Virus record (IMG/VR): IMGVR_UViG_3300038409_000069
Span: 6,377 to 70,376 of that record
Length of the DNA: 64,000 bases
Origin: a virus
Direction: 5' to 3' (one strand)
Position 1 is the stretch's first letter. Each line of letters begins with the position of its first letter. Position numbers and translations under genes: made by a program. The notes beneath the pieces are model-generated. The model was not told the origin of the DNA and did no database searches. It saw only the letters and a program-made list of their open reading frames with translations. Shown piece by piece: positions 54,947 to 64,000 of this stretch.

Positions 54947-55083
54947 TGTTCGGCTCCGGCCTCACCTATCCAGACGAAGACGAAGACGATTGGACGAACC
55001 CTTTCGACGATCCGGAAGAGGAAGAGGACGACGAGATCGAACCTGAGTTCGACGACGACAACGCGCTTGAGGAGGAGTTCTGA
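54946..55083 (+). CDS. 45-aa extremely acidic peptide
   Basis: GGAGG RBS; TGATG overlap; 23 of 45 residues are D/E, none are K/R. Confidence 0.6.
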   Translation: MFGSGLTYPDEDEDDWTNPFDDPEEEEDDEIEPEFDDDNALEEEF

Positions 55084-55085
55084 CC

Positions 55086-55637
55086 GTGGGGACCGTTGTC
55101 CATCTCATCAAGCGTCTCGGCTCACTCGTTCCGGCGGACAGTGAGGGCGAGGAAGCCCTGCGGGCGATTGCGCACGGCGTCGAAGTAAAAGCCGAGATCA
55201 CTATCCCGGTGAACGCCCCCTTTAGGCGCAAATTCTTCGCACTCCTGGGAGTGGTCTATCCGCACGTCAAAGAGACATGGCCGGAGCGCGAAGACTTCCG
55301 CGAACAGGTGCTCATTTCGCTTGGCTTCTCCCGAACGGTCAAGCGCATGGACGGAACGACGGAAACGCGCGCCGTCAGCATGAAGTGGCACAAGATGAAA
55401 GAGCCGGAGTTCAGGACTCTCTATGAAAGCTTTGTGGATCTGTGCGTCACCAAGCTCTTGCCTGGCGTTGGCCGCGAGGACGTAACGCGGGAGTTCGAAG
55501 AGGTTTTGGCAGGATATCAGAACAGTCTCGCATCCATCGAAACACATCTTCGGGGGGATGCGAAGCGCGACGCGGGCGGGGTAAGGGGGCTTACCGGATC
55601 GCCCGCGTCGCAACGTGCTTCAGGAGCCTCCCGATGA
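55086..55637 (+). CDS. DUF1367-like (NinB/Orf-related) recombination accessory protein
   Basis: RRKFFALL...SMKWHKMKEPEFRTLY. Confidence 0.7.
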   Translation: MGTVVHLIKRLGSLVPADSEGEEALRAIAHGVEVKAEITIPVNAPFRRKFFALLGVVYPHVKETWPEREDFREQVLISLGFSRTVKRMDGTTETRAVSMKWHKMKEPEFRTLYESFVDLCVTKLLPGVGREDVTREFEEVLAGYQNSLASIETHLRGDAKRDAGGVRGLTGSPASQRASGASR

Positions 55638-56014
55638 GCCAAACCTGGAAACTCAAAAGGCTCCGCCAATGCGAAAAGTGTCCGTGGAAGAAATCCACGG
55701 ACCCGCATGACATCCCGAACGGCTACAGCGTCGAGATGCATGAGGGATTGCGCCAGACGATAGCGGATCCCGGATCGCTGCGCGCGCCGGCGGCCTCCAT
55801 GGCCTGCCACGAACACCCGCCCGGCGATGAGGTGCATTGCGTTGGCTGGCTCGCGCATCAGTTGGGGCCCGGCAACAACATCGGCCTGCGGTTGCGCATG
55901 CTGAGCTGCGAGAACGCCCGGCATATCCAGCTCGACGGCCCGCAACATGAGACTTTCGAAGCGACATTGCCGCGCAGGAAGCGCAGGCCGAAGCGCGCAG
56001 GGGCCTCCCGATGA
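55634..56014 (+). CDS. Cys/His-rich zinc-binding phage protein
   Basis: CEKCPW...MACH...CVGW. Confidence 0.7.
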   Translation: MSQTWKLKRLRQCEKCPWKKSTDPHDIPNGYSVEMHEGLRQTIADPGSLRAPAASMACHEHPPGDEVHCVGWLAHQLGPGNNIGLRLRMLSCENARHIQLDGPQHETFEATLPRRKRRPKRAGASR

Positions 56015-56415
56015 TGCACAAAGTTCATTTCGGCAATCCCGCCGGAACCGGCGCCCGCTCAAAGCCCGAACCCAATGGGGCGGGCGCCGCCCTTCCCTTC
56101 CAACCGTTCGCAACTGTTGTCCAGCGCAAGCGCTCATGGGCGTGGTTCGCACTGCATAACCGCGCCCTCGGGCGCGTCCCGTCCATTATTCAGGCTTACA
56201 CGCCGCCGTCTCTGTTCGGCAAGGCCCTTCCGCTTCCGCTTCCGCTTCCGCTGTTGCTCACGCGCGAGCGCGACCCGCTGCCCGCGCGCCGACTTGAGCC
56301 GACGATCATTCAGCAGACATGGGAACTCTTTCTCGCCTATCCGCTCAGCACATGGGCGCTCTTCGGCTCGGTCGTGCTCTCGGCTTGGTTTCTCTATCTG
56401 GGTTTCACCAAATGA
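56011..56415 (+). CDS. hypothetical protein with a C-terminal TM helix
   Basis: Coupled start; contains (CTTCCG)4 encoding LPLPLPLP. Confidence 0.4.
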   Translation: MMHKVHFGNPAGTGARSKPEPNGAGAALPFQPFATVVQRKRSWAWFALHNRALGRVPSIIQAYTPPSLFGKALPLPLPLPLLLTRERDPLPARRLEPTIIQQTWELFLAYPLSTWALFGSVVLSAWFLYLGFTK

Positions 56416-56472
56416 ACGTTTCCGCCCAACAAGCCGCAGTCGAATCCTATTGGAAAGAGCGAGGCTACGGCG

Positions 56473-56832
56473 ATGCGTGACCTTAAAACAATTCGCGCCG
56501 CCGCCGAAATGGCGGCGAAGTGCAGCGGCATCGGCCGAAACATGTGGGGCGAGTGGGAGGATAATCCCGCTATCGTCGCTTTCGACAAGGTGTGTCCGCC
56601 AAATGCCGTCATCGAATTGTTGGACCGCATCGCCGAGCTTGAGGCGGCGCTAGAGCCGTCACGCGTCGCGCTCACTCTCGCCGCCCGGACGTTCGACACC
56701 TACGCGATGGTCCACCGCGCAAAGGGAACGAACGACAGCGCCGAGAAGGCTGAAGCGAATCGGGTGATGGCGCTGCGCATGTACGAGGCGCTCGAGCAGT
56801 TCCCATCCAAGATCGCAGGGGACGCTTCATGA
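56473..56832 (+). CDS. Ead/Ea22-like protein
   Basis: PNAVIELLDRIAELEAAL. Confidence 0.6.
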   Translation: MRDLKTIRAAAEMAAKCSGIGRNMWGEWEDNPAIVAFDKVCPPNAVIELLDRIAELEAALEPSRVALTLAARTFDTYAMVHRAKGTNDSAEKAEANRVMALRMYEALEQFPSKIAGDAS

Positions 56833-57071
56833 CGGAAACGCTGTTCGACAAGCACCCGCAGCAAGCCGCCGAAGAGGAAGGCTATTACTTCGACGGCACC
56901 CACGTGTGGGATGCGGACGATGTGCTCTTCCACGTCGGTCGTGTGCGAGACGGCGCCGAGATGCACGCCATGATCTATGCGTTCCGGCAGGGCCGCACGG
57001 CCGGAGAAAAACTCGGACGCGCCAAGCTTCAAGGCGAGATCGCCGCGCTGCTGTGCGTTCAGTCTTCATAG
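56829..57071 (+). CDS. hypothetical protein
   Basis: ATGA overlap. Confidence 0.6.
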   Translation: MTETLFDKHPQQAAEEEGYYFDGTHVWDADDVLFHVGRVRDGAEMHAMIYAFRQGRTAGEKLGRAKLQGEIAALLCVQSS

Positions 57072-57093
57072 GTCCACAGCCAACGAGGGGAAA

Positions 57094-57558
57094 ATGAGCA
57101 CCTACCGCGAAGAGCGAGCCCAGAAATCGGACGATGAGCTGTTCGCCGAATATCCGAGCATCGAGCCAGAATACACCCGCGGCAACCTTGTCGCCGAGCG
57201 GGTCATGGCTCAGTTCAAAGAGGAGCACTTCCAGCCGCTAGCGAAACTGGTTGGCGACTTCATCGCGGACAAGCTCTGGGACATGCTCCGGGATCATCTC
57301 CTAAGCGACACGGAGCTGAACCTCGAAACCGCGATGCGCGGTCGCGTCGAGTCAACCGTTCAGGCTCTCCTCGGCGGTCACCAATGGGCGCTGCAAAAAT
57401 ACGTCCTCGGCGAGCGCTATGACTGCGAGCAGATCCGCGCGGCGATCGCGAAGCACATTCCCGCCGAACTGCAAGACAAGCGCGTGGCCGATCTGGAGGC
57501 CGAACTCGCGCAGGCCAAAAAGGATTTGAAGTTCTACCGCGAGGACCGCCGATGGTGA
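57094..57558 (+). CDS. hypothetical protein
   Basis: GAGGGG RBS; helical sequence. Confidence 0.7.
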   Translation: MSTYREERAQKSDDELFAEYPSIEPEYTRGNLVAERVMAQFKEEHFQPLAKLVGDFIADKLWDMLRDHLLSDTELNLETAMRGRVESTVQALLGGHQWALQKYVLGERYDCEQIRAAIAKHIPAELQDKRVADLEAELAQAKKDLKFYREDRRW

Positions 57559-57592
57559 ACCCACTCTATCCCCGCGAGGCAGCGTCCGACTG

Positions 57593-57958
57593 ATGGCTTG
57601 GGAACCTTACAAAGCGCCCTTTCGATTGGCAGGGCTGTGGCATGGAGTTGATATGGCCAGCAACGCAGGACCGCCGTCACGTGACGCGGGAGCGCCGTCC
57701 CAAAAGCGTGGATGGCAGCGCGGTTTCCCGCCGAAGAGCGGGATGTATCTCGTCGAGCTTGAAGACGGCGAACTCTGTGTCACGCCCTGGAGCGACGGCC
57801 ACGACTGGTGCGAGGCGGATCAAGAATATCGGGCCGGCGGTTGGAAGTGCCTTACGGACGCGTGCGCGACCGTACAGCGCTGGTGCCACGTAAACGACGT
57901 GAAGGCTGCGCTCGGCGTTTCTCCACGTGAGACCCCTGCTGAAGGAGCAAAGTCATGA
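57593..57958 (+). CDS. hypothetical protein
   Basis: PPKSGMYLV...VQRW. Confidence 0.55.
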   Translation: MAWEPYKAPFRLAGLWHGVDMASNAGPPSRDAGAPSQKRGWQRGFPPKSGMYLVELEDGELCVTPWSDGHDWCEADQEYRAGGWKCLTDACATVQRWCHVNDVKAALGVSPRETPAEGAKS

Positions 57959-58140
57959 TCGAGTATGAGCACTACGCGATCGTCAGCAACGATACCAACG
58001 AGATTCTCTGGACGGTCAGCATCGAGCCAGGAACGCTGACTCCTGCGCCGCAAGGCATGAGGGCGGAGCGCTGCAAGCGCGGCGTCAAGCGCGGGCAGGT
58101 CTGGAACCCGACCGAACACGCGGCGGAGACGGAGGATTGA
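57955..58140 (+). CDS. hypothetical protein
   Basis: AGGAG RBS; coupled. Confidence 0.55.
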   Translation: MIEYEHYAIVSNDTNEILWTVSIEPGTLTPAPQGMRAERCKRGVKRGQVWNPTEHAAETED

Positions 58141-58379
58141 AAATGGAGCGAGTAACCAGCGGCCCCAAGATCGACGCGCTCCAGGACGTGATGAGCGGCA
58201 TGATCGACGACATCAAGGCGCTTTTTGCGACGCCTACGCAGGTGCTTATCGTCGTCCTCACGCCAACTCTCGCACAAGGGAACGTCGTTATCGGCGACGC
58301 CGACCACGAGAAGACGGTCGAAGCCATCCGAGTGCTGCGTCAGACCGGCGTTGTGACGCCAGCGCGCACGGTCCCGTGA
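58137..58379 (+). CDS. hypothetical protein
   Basis: GGAGG RBS. Confidence 0.55.
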   Translation: MKMERVTSGPKIDALQDVMSGMIDDIKALFATPTQVLIVVLTPTLAQGNVVIGDADHEKTVEAIRVLRQTGVVTPARTVP

Positions 58380-58404
58380 AGATGAATCGCATCGAGGAAA
58401 CGAA

Positions 58405-58758
58405 ATGAGCGAAGACGAAATCATGGCCGCAAGGCAGAAGTTTGCGGAGGCCGTGCTCAATGGCTTCACGCTAGTCAAGGGCCATCCACTTCCGTTCGGG
58501 ACGCCAACAATTTCGGATTGGTTCGCGGCGCGCGGCATATATGATCCCGAAATCGTTTGTCCGGTGATTGCAGCGTGTGCGGCGAACGACGCGCGCATCG
58601 CCGAACTTGAGGCGGCGCTGCGCCTCGCCTACCCGTTTGTAGAGCTTGCATGGCTCGGCTCCGGCGACAACGACACTCGTCAAAGGGAAGCGCTACAGGC
58701 AGCCCGCACCGCGCTCAACATTCATCCGGTGCAGGCACGTGTTGAGGGCGGCCAATGA
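58405..58758 (+). CDS. hypothetical protein
   Basis: GAGG RBS; RIAELEAAL. Confidence 0.55.
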   Translation: MSEDEIMAARQKFAEAVLNGFTLVKGHPLPFGTPTISDWFAARGIYDPEIVCPVIAACAANDARIAELEAALRLAYPFVELAWLGSGDNDTRQREALQAARTALNIHPVQARVEGGQ

Positions 58759-59006
58759 TCGAACTCGAATTGATGCGGGAAGCGTGCGCGCTTCTAATCG
58801 AGGACATGACGGCGACGCCCATTTCGATCGAAGGGCTCGACGACATGGAGCCTTATCCGTTGTCGCCTTCAGAGGCGGTGCAGAAAGCTCGGAGCGAGTT
58901 CGCTGCCGCTATCCGCAAGATGTCGTGGGAAGAGGCTCGCGAAATCTACTGGCTCAACCGCGACGAGCGGCGCCCGGCGAAGACACATTCCGAGGATGGA
59001 CAATGA
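58755..59006 (+). CDS. hypothetical protein
   Basis: MREACA...AAAIR; coupled. Confidence 0.55.
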   Translation: MIELELMREACALLIEDMTATPISIEGLDDMEPYPLSPSEAVQKARSEFAAAIRKMSWEEAREIYWLNRDERRPAKTHSEDGQ

Positions 59007-59317
59007 GCGAACGCGTGCATGAGCTGAAGACGTGGCCGACCTATTGGGACGCGGTCGAGCGCGGCGAGAAGACTTTCGAGGTTCGCCGCAACGATCGGTT
59101 CTTCCAGGCTGGCGATATTGTCGAATTGGTGCGCATGGACCGGGACGCGCCGGGCGCATGCTATGACGACAGTGTCCAGCAATGTGAAAAGCGCAAGCTC
59201 CGCTTTCGCATTGGGCCAATCCTGCAAGGCGGTCAGTTTGGCATTGAGTCGGGCTTTTGTGTTTTCTCGCTGCTTCCGCTTGGTCCGCCGCAGGCAGCAG
59301 GGGCAAAAGAGCCATGA
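59003..59317 (+). CDS. ASCH/DUF3850-domain protein
   Basis: HELKTWPTYWDAVERGEKTFEVRRNDRFFQAGD. Confidence 0.8.
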   Translation: MSERVHELKTWPTYWDAVERGEKTFEVRRNDRFFQAGDIVELVRMDRDAPGACYDDSVQQCEKRKLRFRIGPILQGGQFGIESGFCVFSLLPLGPPQAAGAKEP

Positions 59318-59568
59318 GCTACAGCGTTTCCGAGATCGCTGCGCTCTATGCAGAGCTTGAGGCCGATGTGGACCGGCTCGTGAAGCGTTGCGTCTTCCGC
59401 CTGCAAGAAGTCGGTGCCGAGCCCTCGGCTCCATCCCTTTTCGAAGGCATGCGCGATCAACTCTATTGGGCCACGCTCGACGCGATCGAGAAGCCCGACG
59501 AGAAGGCGCTCATGGAAGCGATTGAGCGGCGCCTAGCAAAGATGGAGGGGAACAATGGCCGAGATTGA
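59314..59568 (+). CDS. hypothetical protein
   Basis: Coupled. Confidence 0.55.
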   Translation: MSYSVSEIAALYAELEADVDRLVKRCVFRLQEVGAEPSAPSLFEGMRDQLYWATLDAIEKPDEKALMEAIERRLAKMEGNNGRD

Positions 59569-60004
59569 GATTGTCGAGCGGCGCAAGGTCGAGGTCTGCT
59601 ACATCGAAGCGCGGTGTGGGGTCCGCTATTGGGAGGATGCCCAAGTCAACGGCTTTACCGACTCTGACGGCTCGCGCATCCCGTTCCGCATCGGCGATGA
59701 ATGGCAACCAACGATCGAGTTGGAGACGGGAATCGTTCTGGCGTGGCCGAAGGGAACGACCGCAGACATTCACTACAAGGTCTGCGACGCTGGGACGTAC
59801 CTTCTGTTGGACGCGACGCAGCGCGAGGTCGCGCGGATTGACGGCTACGTGCCGAAGATCATGGCCCCAGGCGACGAGGATCACGGCTTTGGCGACTACA
59901 TCGTCATGACGATCGACGGCGACGGCAAGATCGACAATTGGAATGCCGACTTGTCCGACTTCGCGCGGCGCCTCCAGAAGACAGAACGGAGCGACAATGG
60001 CTGA
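59555..60004 (+). CDS. conserved phage protein
   Basis: GVRYWEDA; HYKVCDAG; YVP; GDYI...IDGDGKI. Confidence 0.7.
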   Translation: MAEIEIVERRKVEVCYIEARCGVRYWEDAQVNGFTDSDGSRIPFRIGDEWQPTIELETGIVLAWPKGTTADIHYKVCDAGTYLLLDATQREVARIDGYVPKIMAPGDEDHGFGDYIVMTIDGDGKIDNWNADLSDFARRLQKTERSDNG

Positions 60005-60209
60005 TCGAATTCATTACGAGTTTTGCAACGAGTGCGGGACGGCCGTCTTTGTGACCGTCGTCGAGGCCGGTCCGCTCGTGTCGATCGAGATCGGCAGTTC
60101 GACCTCCCAGGACGAGTGGAAGGTGACACGAATGGAGGCGACCAAGCTGCACCGCGCGCTGACGGAATTCTTTGCGCGCCATCCTGCGGAGGCAAAGCCC
60201 GATGTCTAA
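59997..60209 (+). CDS. hypothetical protein
   Basis: GGAG RBS; coupled. Confidence 0.5.
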   Translation: MADRIHYEFCNECGTAVFVTVVEAGPLVSIEIGSSTSQDEWKVTRMEATKLHRALTEFFARHPAEAKPDV

Positions 60210-60519
60210 ACTCCCGCCCATGGAACGATCCGAGACGTGCTTGATCGGTCGCGCCGGCGCCATCGCCAAGATGCGACTGCCGAAGGGGCGCCGCTTCGTG
60301 GTGATCCAGTACGACAGCGCGCCGCACGTCGTCCCGATCGATGATCCTGGTCACTATGAGATTGACGTGACGCCCTTTGTCAAAGAGGCGCGCTTCCCGG
60401 TCGCCATCATGGTCGTTAAGGCGAAGCACTGCGCCGCCTTTACAAAGGTCTCGCCGGAACACGTGAACAAGATTCTTGATGCCTGCGTCTCGACCGTTCG
60501 CAGGAGCATCCTGCAATGA
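60202..60519 (+). CDS. hypothetical protein
   Basis: GGAGG RBS; coupled. Confidence 0.55.
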   Translation: MSKLPPMERSETCLIGRAGAIAKMRLPKGRRFVVIQYDSAPHVVPIDDPGHYEIDVTPFVKEARFPVAIMVVKAKHCAAFTKVSPEHVNKILDACVSTVRRSILQ

Positions 60520-60728
60520 CGGACGATGAACTCGCCGACGAACTAGAGCGGCGCGCCAAGGTGCTTTTCAGTGACGGCGACCGTCATTGCGAGGACGCCC
60601 GGCGCGCACGCGATCCTGATGAGCGACAGGCGCTTCTCACGGAGGTGCGCCGCTGTGACCACCTCGCCGACATCTTCGCCGCTGCGGTGCGCGGCCTTCG
60701 CCCTATCGAGAAGCGCGGCGAAGAATGA
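60516..60728 (+). CDS. hypothetical protein
   Basis: AGGAG RBS; coupled. Confidence 0.55.
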   Translation: MTDDELADELERRAKVLFSDGDRHCEDARRARDPDERQALLTEVRRCDHLADIFAAAVRGLRPIEKRGEE

Positions 60729-61138
60729 GCAAACACCCGCACTTCGCGGAACGGCTGCGCGTCGCGATGGCGAAGCTCGATTGGAGCGGCGCCGATCTAG
60801 CGCGCGCGCTCGGCATCTCGCGCGCCTCGACGAATCCCTGGTTGCGTGGCGAAGCGGAGCCTCCTCCCAAACAAATGATGGCTGCGGCGCGCGCGCTCGG
60901 CGTTGACGTTTCCTGGCTCGTCTCGCCCTACCCTGTCGATCTGCACGGGCCGGCGACGGATCACATGCGCGACACACTCGTCGGGCTCTTCGTCGCTGGA
61001 GTTCTGAGCGAAGGGCAAACTGCCCGCGCGACCGGGCTGGACCGCGTTGAGGTTCGGCGCCGCGCTCATCAGCGCATCGACGAACTGTATGGCGAGTGCC
61101 CAATTGAGATAGGCGAGGCGAAAACCGATGCCGTATGA
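60725..61138 (+). CDS. XRE HTH protein with a second C-terminal HTH-like segment
   Basis: FAERLRVAM...SGADLARALGISRAS...W; LSEGQTARATGLDRVEVR. Confidence 0.75.
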   Translation: MSKHPHFAERLRVAMAKLDWSGADLARALGISRASTNPWLRGEAEPPPKQMMAAARALGVDVSWLVSPYPVDLHGPATDHMRDTLVGLFVAGVLSEGQTARATGLDRVEVRRRAHQRIDELYGECPIEIGEAKTDAV

Positions 61139-61358
61139 GATTCCTGACTGCGCCGGCGAGCCATACCGTCCGAGCAACGGCAGCGAGGGCGACGCTTTCA
61201 TCGGCCAGTTCTGTCGCCACTGCGTTCGCTACGAGGAGCCCTGCCCCATTCTTGGGGCCACGCTGTTCAACGATATCGGCGAGCCAGGCTATCCGAAAGA
61301 GTGGACGCACGACGACAAGGGGCGGCCGACGTGCACGGCATTCCAGGCTGCGCCGTGA
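61128..61358 (+). CDS. Cys-rich phage protein
   Basis: YRPSNGSEG...FCRHC...CPI...PTCTAF. Confidence 0.7.
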   Translation: MPYEIPDCAGEPYRPSNGSEGDAFIGQFCRHCVRYEEPCPILGATLFNDIGEPGYPKEWTHDDKGRPTCTAFQAAP

Positions 61359-61678
61359 ATCCGCCAGAGCCCCCCTATTCAGCTTCCCGCGGTGAGGTTG
61401 ATGAGCCGGACTTTCTGCTCACGCACGCCGAATGGCATCCGTCGAGCATGCACGGGATCGACCGAGGTTGTCCTGAGACCGGCGTGCGTCGCAAGGTCGA
61501 TGGTCAGATCGTCAAGGGCTCGTTCGAACTCATCCAGCACGGCTGGTGGAATTTCGACGCAGCCGGCGCGCTGATCCTGCGCGCGTTGCGCAAGGGTTGG
61601 GACACCTACCGCATTTCCGCCCTCATGAACTGGATGCGCGAAACGCGTCGCCACCTTCCGAGAGGAAGAACTCTATGA
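61355..61678 (+). CDS. hypothetical protein
   Basis: GTGA overlap. Confidence 0.5.
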   Translation: MNPPEPPYSASRGEVDEPDFLLTHAEWHPSSMHGIDRGCPETGVRRKVDGQIVKGSFELIQHGWWNFDAAGALILRALRKGWDTYRISALMNWMRETRRHLPRGRTL

Positions 61679-62169
61679 AAATGACGGATTTGCTTCCCTG
61701 CGCTGTGTGTGGCGGCGCCATGCGGCTCGGCACCCAGCGTATTTCCGTCAACCGAAAGCGCGGTGTCATCCATTGCATTGAACACATGCTCCCGAAAGGC
61801 TGTCGAGCCAATGAAGGACTTTGCGTCGTCATGCTTAAGCCCTATCCGAAGCGCGACGAGGACAAGGACTCGTTCAAGTTGATCCAGCAATGGAACGCCG
61901 CGCAAGAAATGAGGACAGAAATGCAAGCCGACGCCAAAGCCAAGTTACAAGCCCTTCTGAACAGGTTTGTGAATCACCCGGACGGTTACGTCTCCATTAG
62001 CGCCGAAGAGTGCGCAATTCTGGAACGCGCACTACAGCTCATCTCCGATCTTGAAGCCAAGTTGCGCGTGGCTGGGCGCGCCGCAGATGCTGGCGACCTT
62101 GCTGCCGTCCGCGGCGCTCTCGGCGGCGGGCGCCCTCCAGAGATAGACGGGGCAAAAACCGATGGCTGA
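61675..62169 (+). CDS. Lar-like (LLPCxxCGG) protein
   Basis: LLPCAVCGG...IQQWN. Confidence 0.5.
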   Translation: MKMTDLLPCAVCGGAMRLGTQRISVNRKRGVIHCIEHMLPKGCRANEGLCVVMLKPYPKRDEDKDSFKLIQQWNAAQEMRTEMQADAKAKLQALLNRFVNHPDGYVSISAEECAILERALQLISDLEAKLRVAGRAADAGDLAAVRGALGGGRPPEIDGAKTDG

Positions 62170-62413
62170 CGCCAGAACCGTGATCCGCGCCTTTTTCGAG
62201 CTGTACCACAGCGAGTTTCCCGCTGCGGCGACCGAGCAATTGTTGGGCGCTCTCTCCGCCGCCGGCCTCGTGATCGTTCCGATCGCCGAACTCACGCGTA
62301 TCGGAGACGGCTTGTTCGAGGAGATGAGCGCCTGGAATGTGGACGTTCGCGCCCTTCTCGATAGCAATCCCATGCAAACTGCGGCCAACAATGCTCAGGA
62401 GGAGCACAATTGA
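62162..62413 (+). CDS. hypothetical protein
   Basis: ALSAAGLVIVP. Confidence 0.55.
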   Translation: MADARTVIRAFFELYHSEFPAAATEQLLGALSAAGLVIVPIAELTRIGDGLFEEMSAWNVDVRALLDSNPMQTAANNAQEEHN

Positions 62414-62754
62414 GCGACGCAATCGAGATCGAAATCAAGGACCCGCTGCACGCACACCGCATCGGGCAAATGTACGGGCAAGCGGAGATCGTCGCCGCTC
62501 TTCATGCCGTGCCTGATGCGCTGAAACTTCCGGGCTTCCATCTCGCGCTCGCCATCGCGGAGAAGGAACTGTCCGAACTGAAAAGCCAGACGGTCGCCTT
62601 GAATATGCGCTTCGCGGCCAAGGCCGGACACGATCTATCGCGGAACGGATCGATGACGCTTCGCGGCCTGAAGCTTGTCCTTGAACCGCTCGACCTCGTC
62701 GACATGGCGAACGATCCATGCGGTCCAGATCAGGCAGGCGGGGACAAAACGTGA
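62410..62754 (+). CDS. hypothetical protein
   Basis: AGGAGGAG RBS; TTGA overlap. Confidence 0.55.
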   Translation: MSDAIEIEIKDPLHAHRIGQMYGQAEIVAALHAVPDALKLPGFHLALAIAEKELSELKSQTVALNMRFAAKAGHDLSRNGSMTLRGLKLVLEPLDLVDMANDPCGPDQAGGDKT

Positions 62755-63347
62755 GCAGCATCCCGCCCTACCCTCTCCATTGGCCCGAAGGCCATCCGCG
62801 CACGCCGCCAGAGAAACGGCTCACGTCGCAATTCAAGACGACGCTCGCCGGCGCGGTGAAGAACGTGGCGGACTCGCTCCGCAAGTTCGGCACCGACAGC
62901 GGCCAGCCGGTCAAGAACATCGTCGCCACGACGAACGTGGGCGGCATCAACCTTTCTGCGTCCGAGCCGAAGGATTCCGGCGTTGCGGTCTGGTTCGAAT
63001 GGGACGGCGCGACGCGCTGCATCGCCGTGGATCGCCACCGGAAGCCCGAAGAGAACCTTCAGGCGATCCACCACATTCTTGAGGCGCGCCGCACAGAGGT
63101 GCGCCACGGCGGCATTGTGATCGCTCGCACGGCGTTCCGCGGCTTCATCGCGCTCGCGGCGCCCGGCGCAAAGCCGTGGTGGGACGTGATGGGCGTAAAG
63201 CGTGACGCGACGCTCGACGAGATCAACGCCGCCTATCGGACGCGGGCAAACGTCGCGCACCCCGACAACGGCGGAACGCACGAGGCCATGACCGAATTGA
63301 ACGCGGCGCGCGCGGCGGCGCTGCGCGAGCGCGGGGCGAACCAGTGA
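62751..63347 (+). CDS. J-domain (DnaJ-like) phage protein
   Basis: YPLHWPEG N-terminal domain; C-terminal WWDVMGV...AYR...AHPDNGG. Confidence 0.85.
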   Translation: MSSIPPYPLHWPEGHPRTPPEKRLTSQFKTTLAGAVKNVADSLRKFGTDSGQPVKNIVATTNVGGINLSASEPKDSGVAVWFEWDGATRCIAVDRHRKPEENLQAIHHILEARRTEVRHGGIVIARTAFRGFIALAAPGAKPWWDVMGVKRDATLDEINAAYRTRANVAHPDNGGTHEAMTELNAARAAALRERGANQ

Positions 63348-63387
63348 CCGACGATCACTTCCTCTACAAGACCGACGGGGAAAAGGC

Positions 63388-63711
63388 ATGAGCGCAGGCG
63401 AGAACTTCGACGCGGCGGCCTTCGCCAAGCGCATGAAGCACTATCGCGTCCTGCGGGATATGACGCTTCAGGATGTCGCCGACGCGGCCGGGATCACAAA
63501 ATCTCACGTATGGGAGCTGGAGCAAGGGCGCTCCACGAACCCGAGCGTCTCCGCAATCTGGGGCATTGCCCGCGCGCTCTCCATCTCACCGGCGACGCTG
63601 CTCGGTATGAATACGGACGTCCCGCCGCTGCATCCGACTGCGCTCAAGATCGCAGGCATTGTGGACCGGGAATTGCGCGCGGCCAAGCCCGCGAAGGGGA
63701 AGGCCCGATGA
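63388..63711 (+). CDS. XRE HTH regulator
   Basis: MTLQDVADAAGITKSHVWELEQG...NPS. Confidence 0.85.
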   Translation: MSAGENFDAAAFAKRMKHYRVLRDMTLQDVADAAGITKSHVWELEQGRSTNPSVSAIWGIARALSISPATLLGMNTDVPPLHPTALKIAGIVDRELRAAKPAKGKAR

Positions 63712-64000
63712 AAACTGACCAATCGGTGAAGTGGAATTGCGCGGCGCGTCGATCAACGCTCCCCGAGCCAGCCGACTGTGATTGGCCGTTCTGCGGCTGC
63801 GATCCGGACGCAGACAAGGTCCTCGCCGCGCTGGATGAGTGCGGATGGCTATCGCCGAAGGACGTTAGCAAGCTGTCTGACGCGCTCGCGACGCTCGCCC
63901 GAGCGCACACGCTGGACGATTCCGAGACAGGCTATGTCGTGACGCAGCACTCCGGCGTTTACGTGAGCCGCGCCGAATACGTGCAAGCATGGGGCGTCGT
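63708..64000 (+). CDS. hypothetical protein, runs off the window
   Basis: ATGA overlap; PADCDWPFCGCDP motif. Confidence 0.6.
   Translation, partial: MKTDQSVKWNCAARRSTLPEPADCDWPFCGCDPDADKVLAALDECGWLSPKDVSKLSDALATLARAHTLDDSETGYVVTQHSGVYVSRAEYVQAWGV

Noticed and set aside
56226-56251. (CTTCCG)4 microsatellite as a phase-variation switch
   Set aside because: The 6-bp unit keeps the frame and only encodes a Leu-Pro repeat.
1-64000. Integrase, att sites, tRNA, rRNA or IS elements
   Set aside because: None were recognised by eye. The integrase probably lies beyond the right edge; tRNAscan-SE and ISEScan were not run.

Overview
The whole window is one GC-rich temperate podovirus-type phage or prophage genome segment, probably from an Alphaproteobacterial host (it carries a GcrA homologue). 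Positions ~1.2-38.5 kb (minus strand) are the late region: TerS/TerL, portal, scaffold, capsid, T7/BPP-1-like tail tubular proteins, ejected internal proteins including a 3300-aa polyvalent protein, a tailspike and spanins. Nucleotide-sugar and glycosyltransferase genes (RmlC, SDR, RmlD, glf, two GTs) are interleaved with the head genes. Positions ~39-48.7 kb (minus) are the Cro-side operon: GcrA, a DUF1376-like initiator with iterons, and an HNH-SF2 helicase. A lambdoid cro/cI switch with 17-bp operators lies at 48.4-49.2 kb. Positions 49.3-64 kb (plus) are the early operon with ERF/exonuclease recombination genes and many small ORFs. The standout is at the head of the early operon: a stand-alone RAMP/Cas7-like gene (49294-49860), then a ~530-nt non-coding array built from ~89 pentamers (variable NN + conserved CNC triplet) in six segments separated by T-rich linkers, then a winged-helix-like gene. 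This is a candidate RNA-guided system with a non-contiguous guide code. All protein family calls come from motif recognition by eye, not from database searches.
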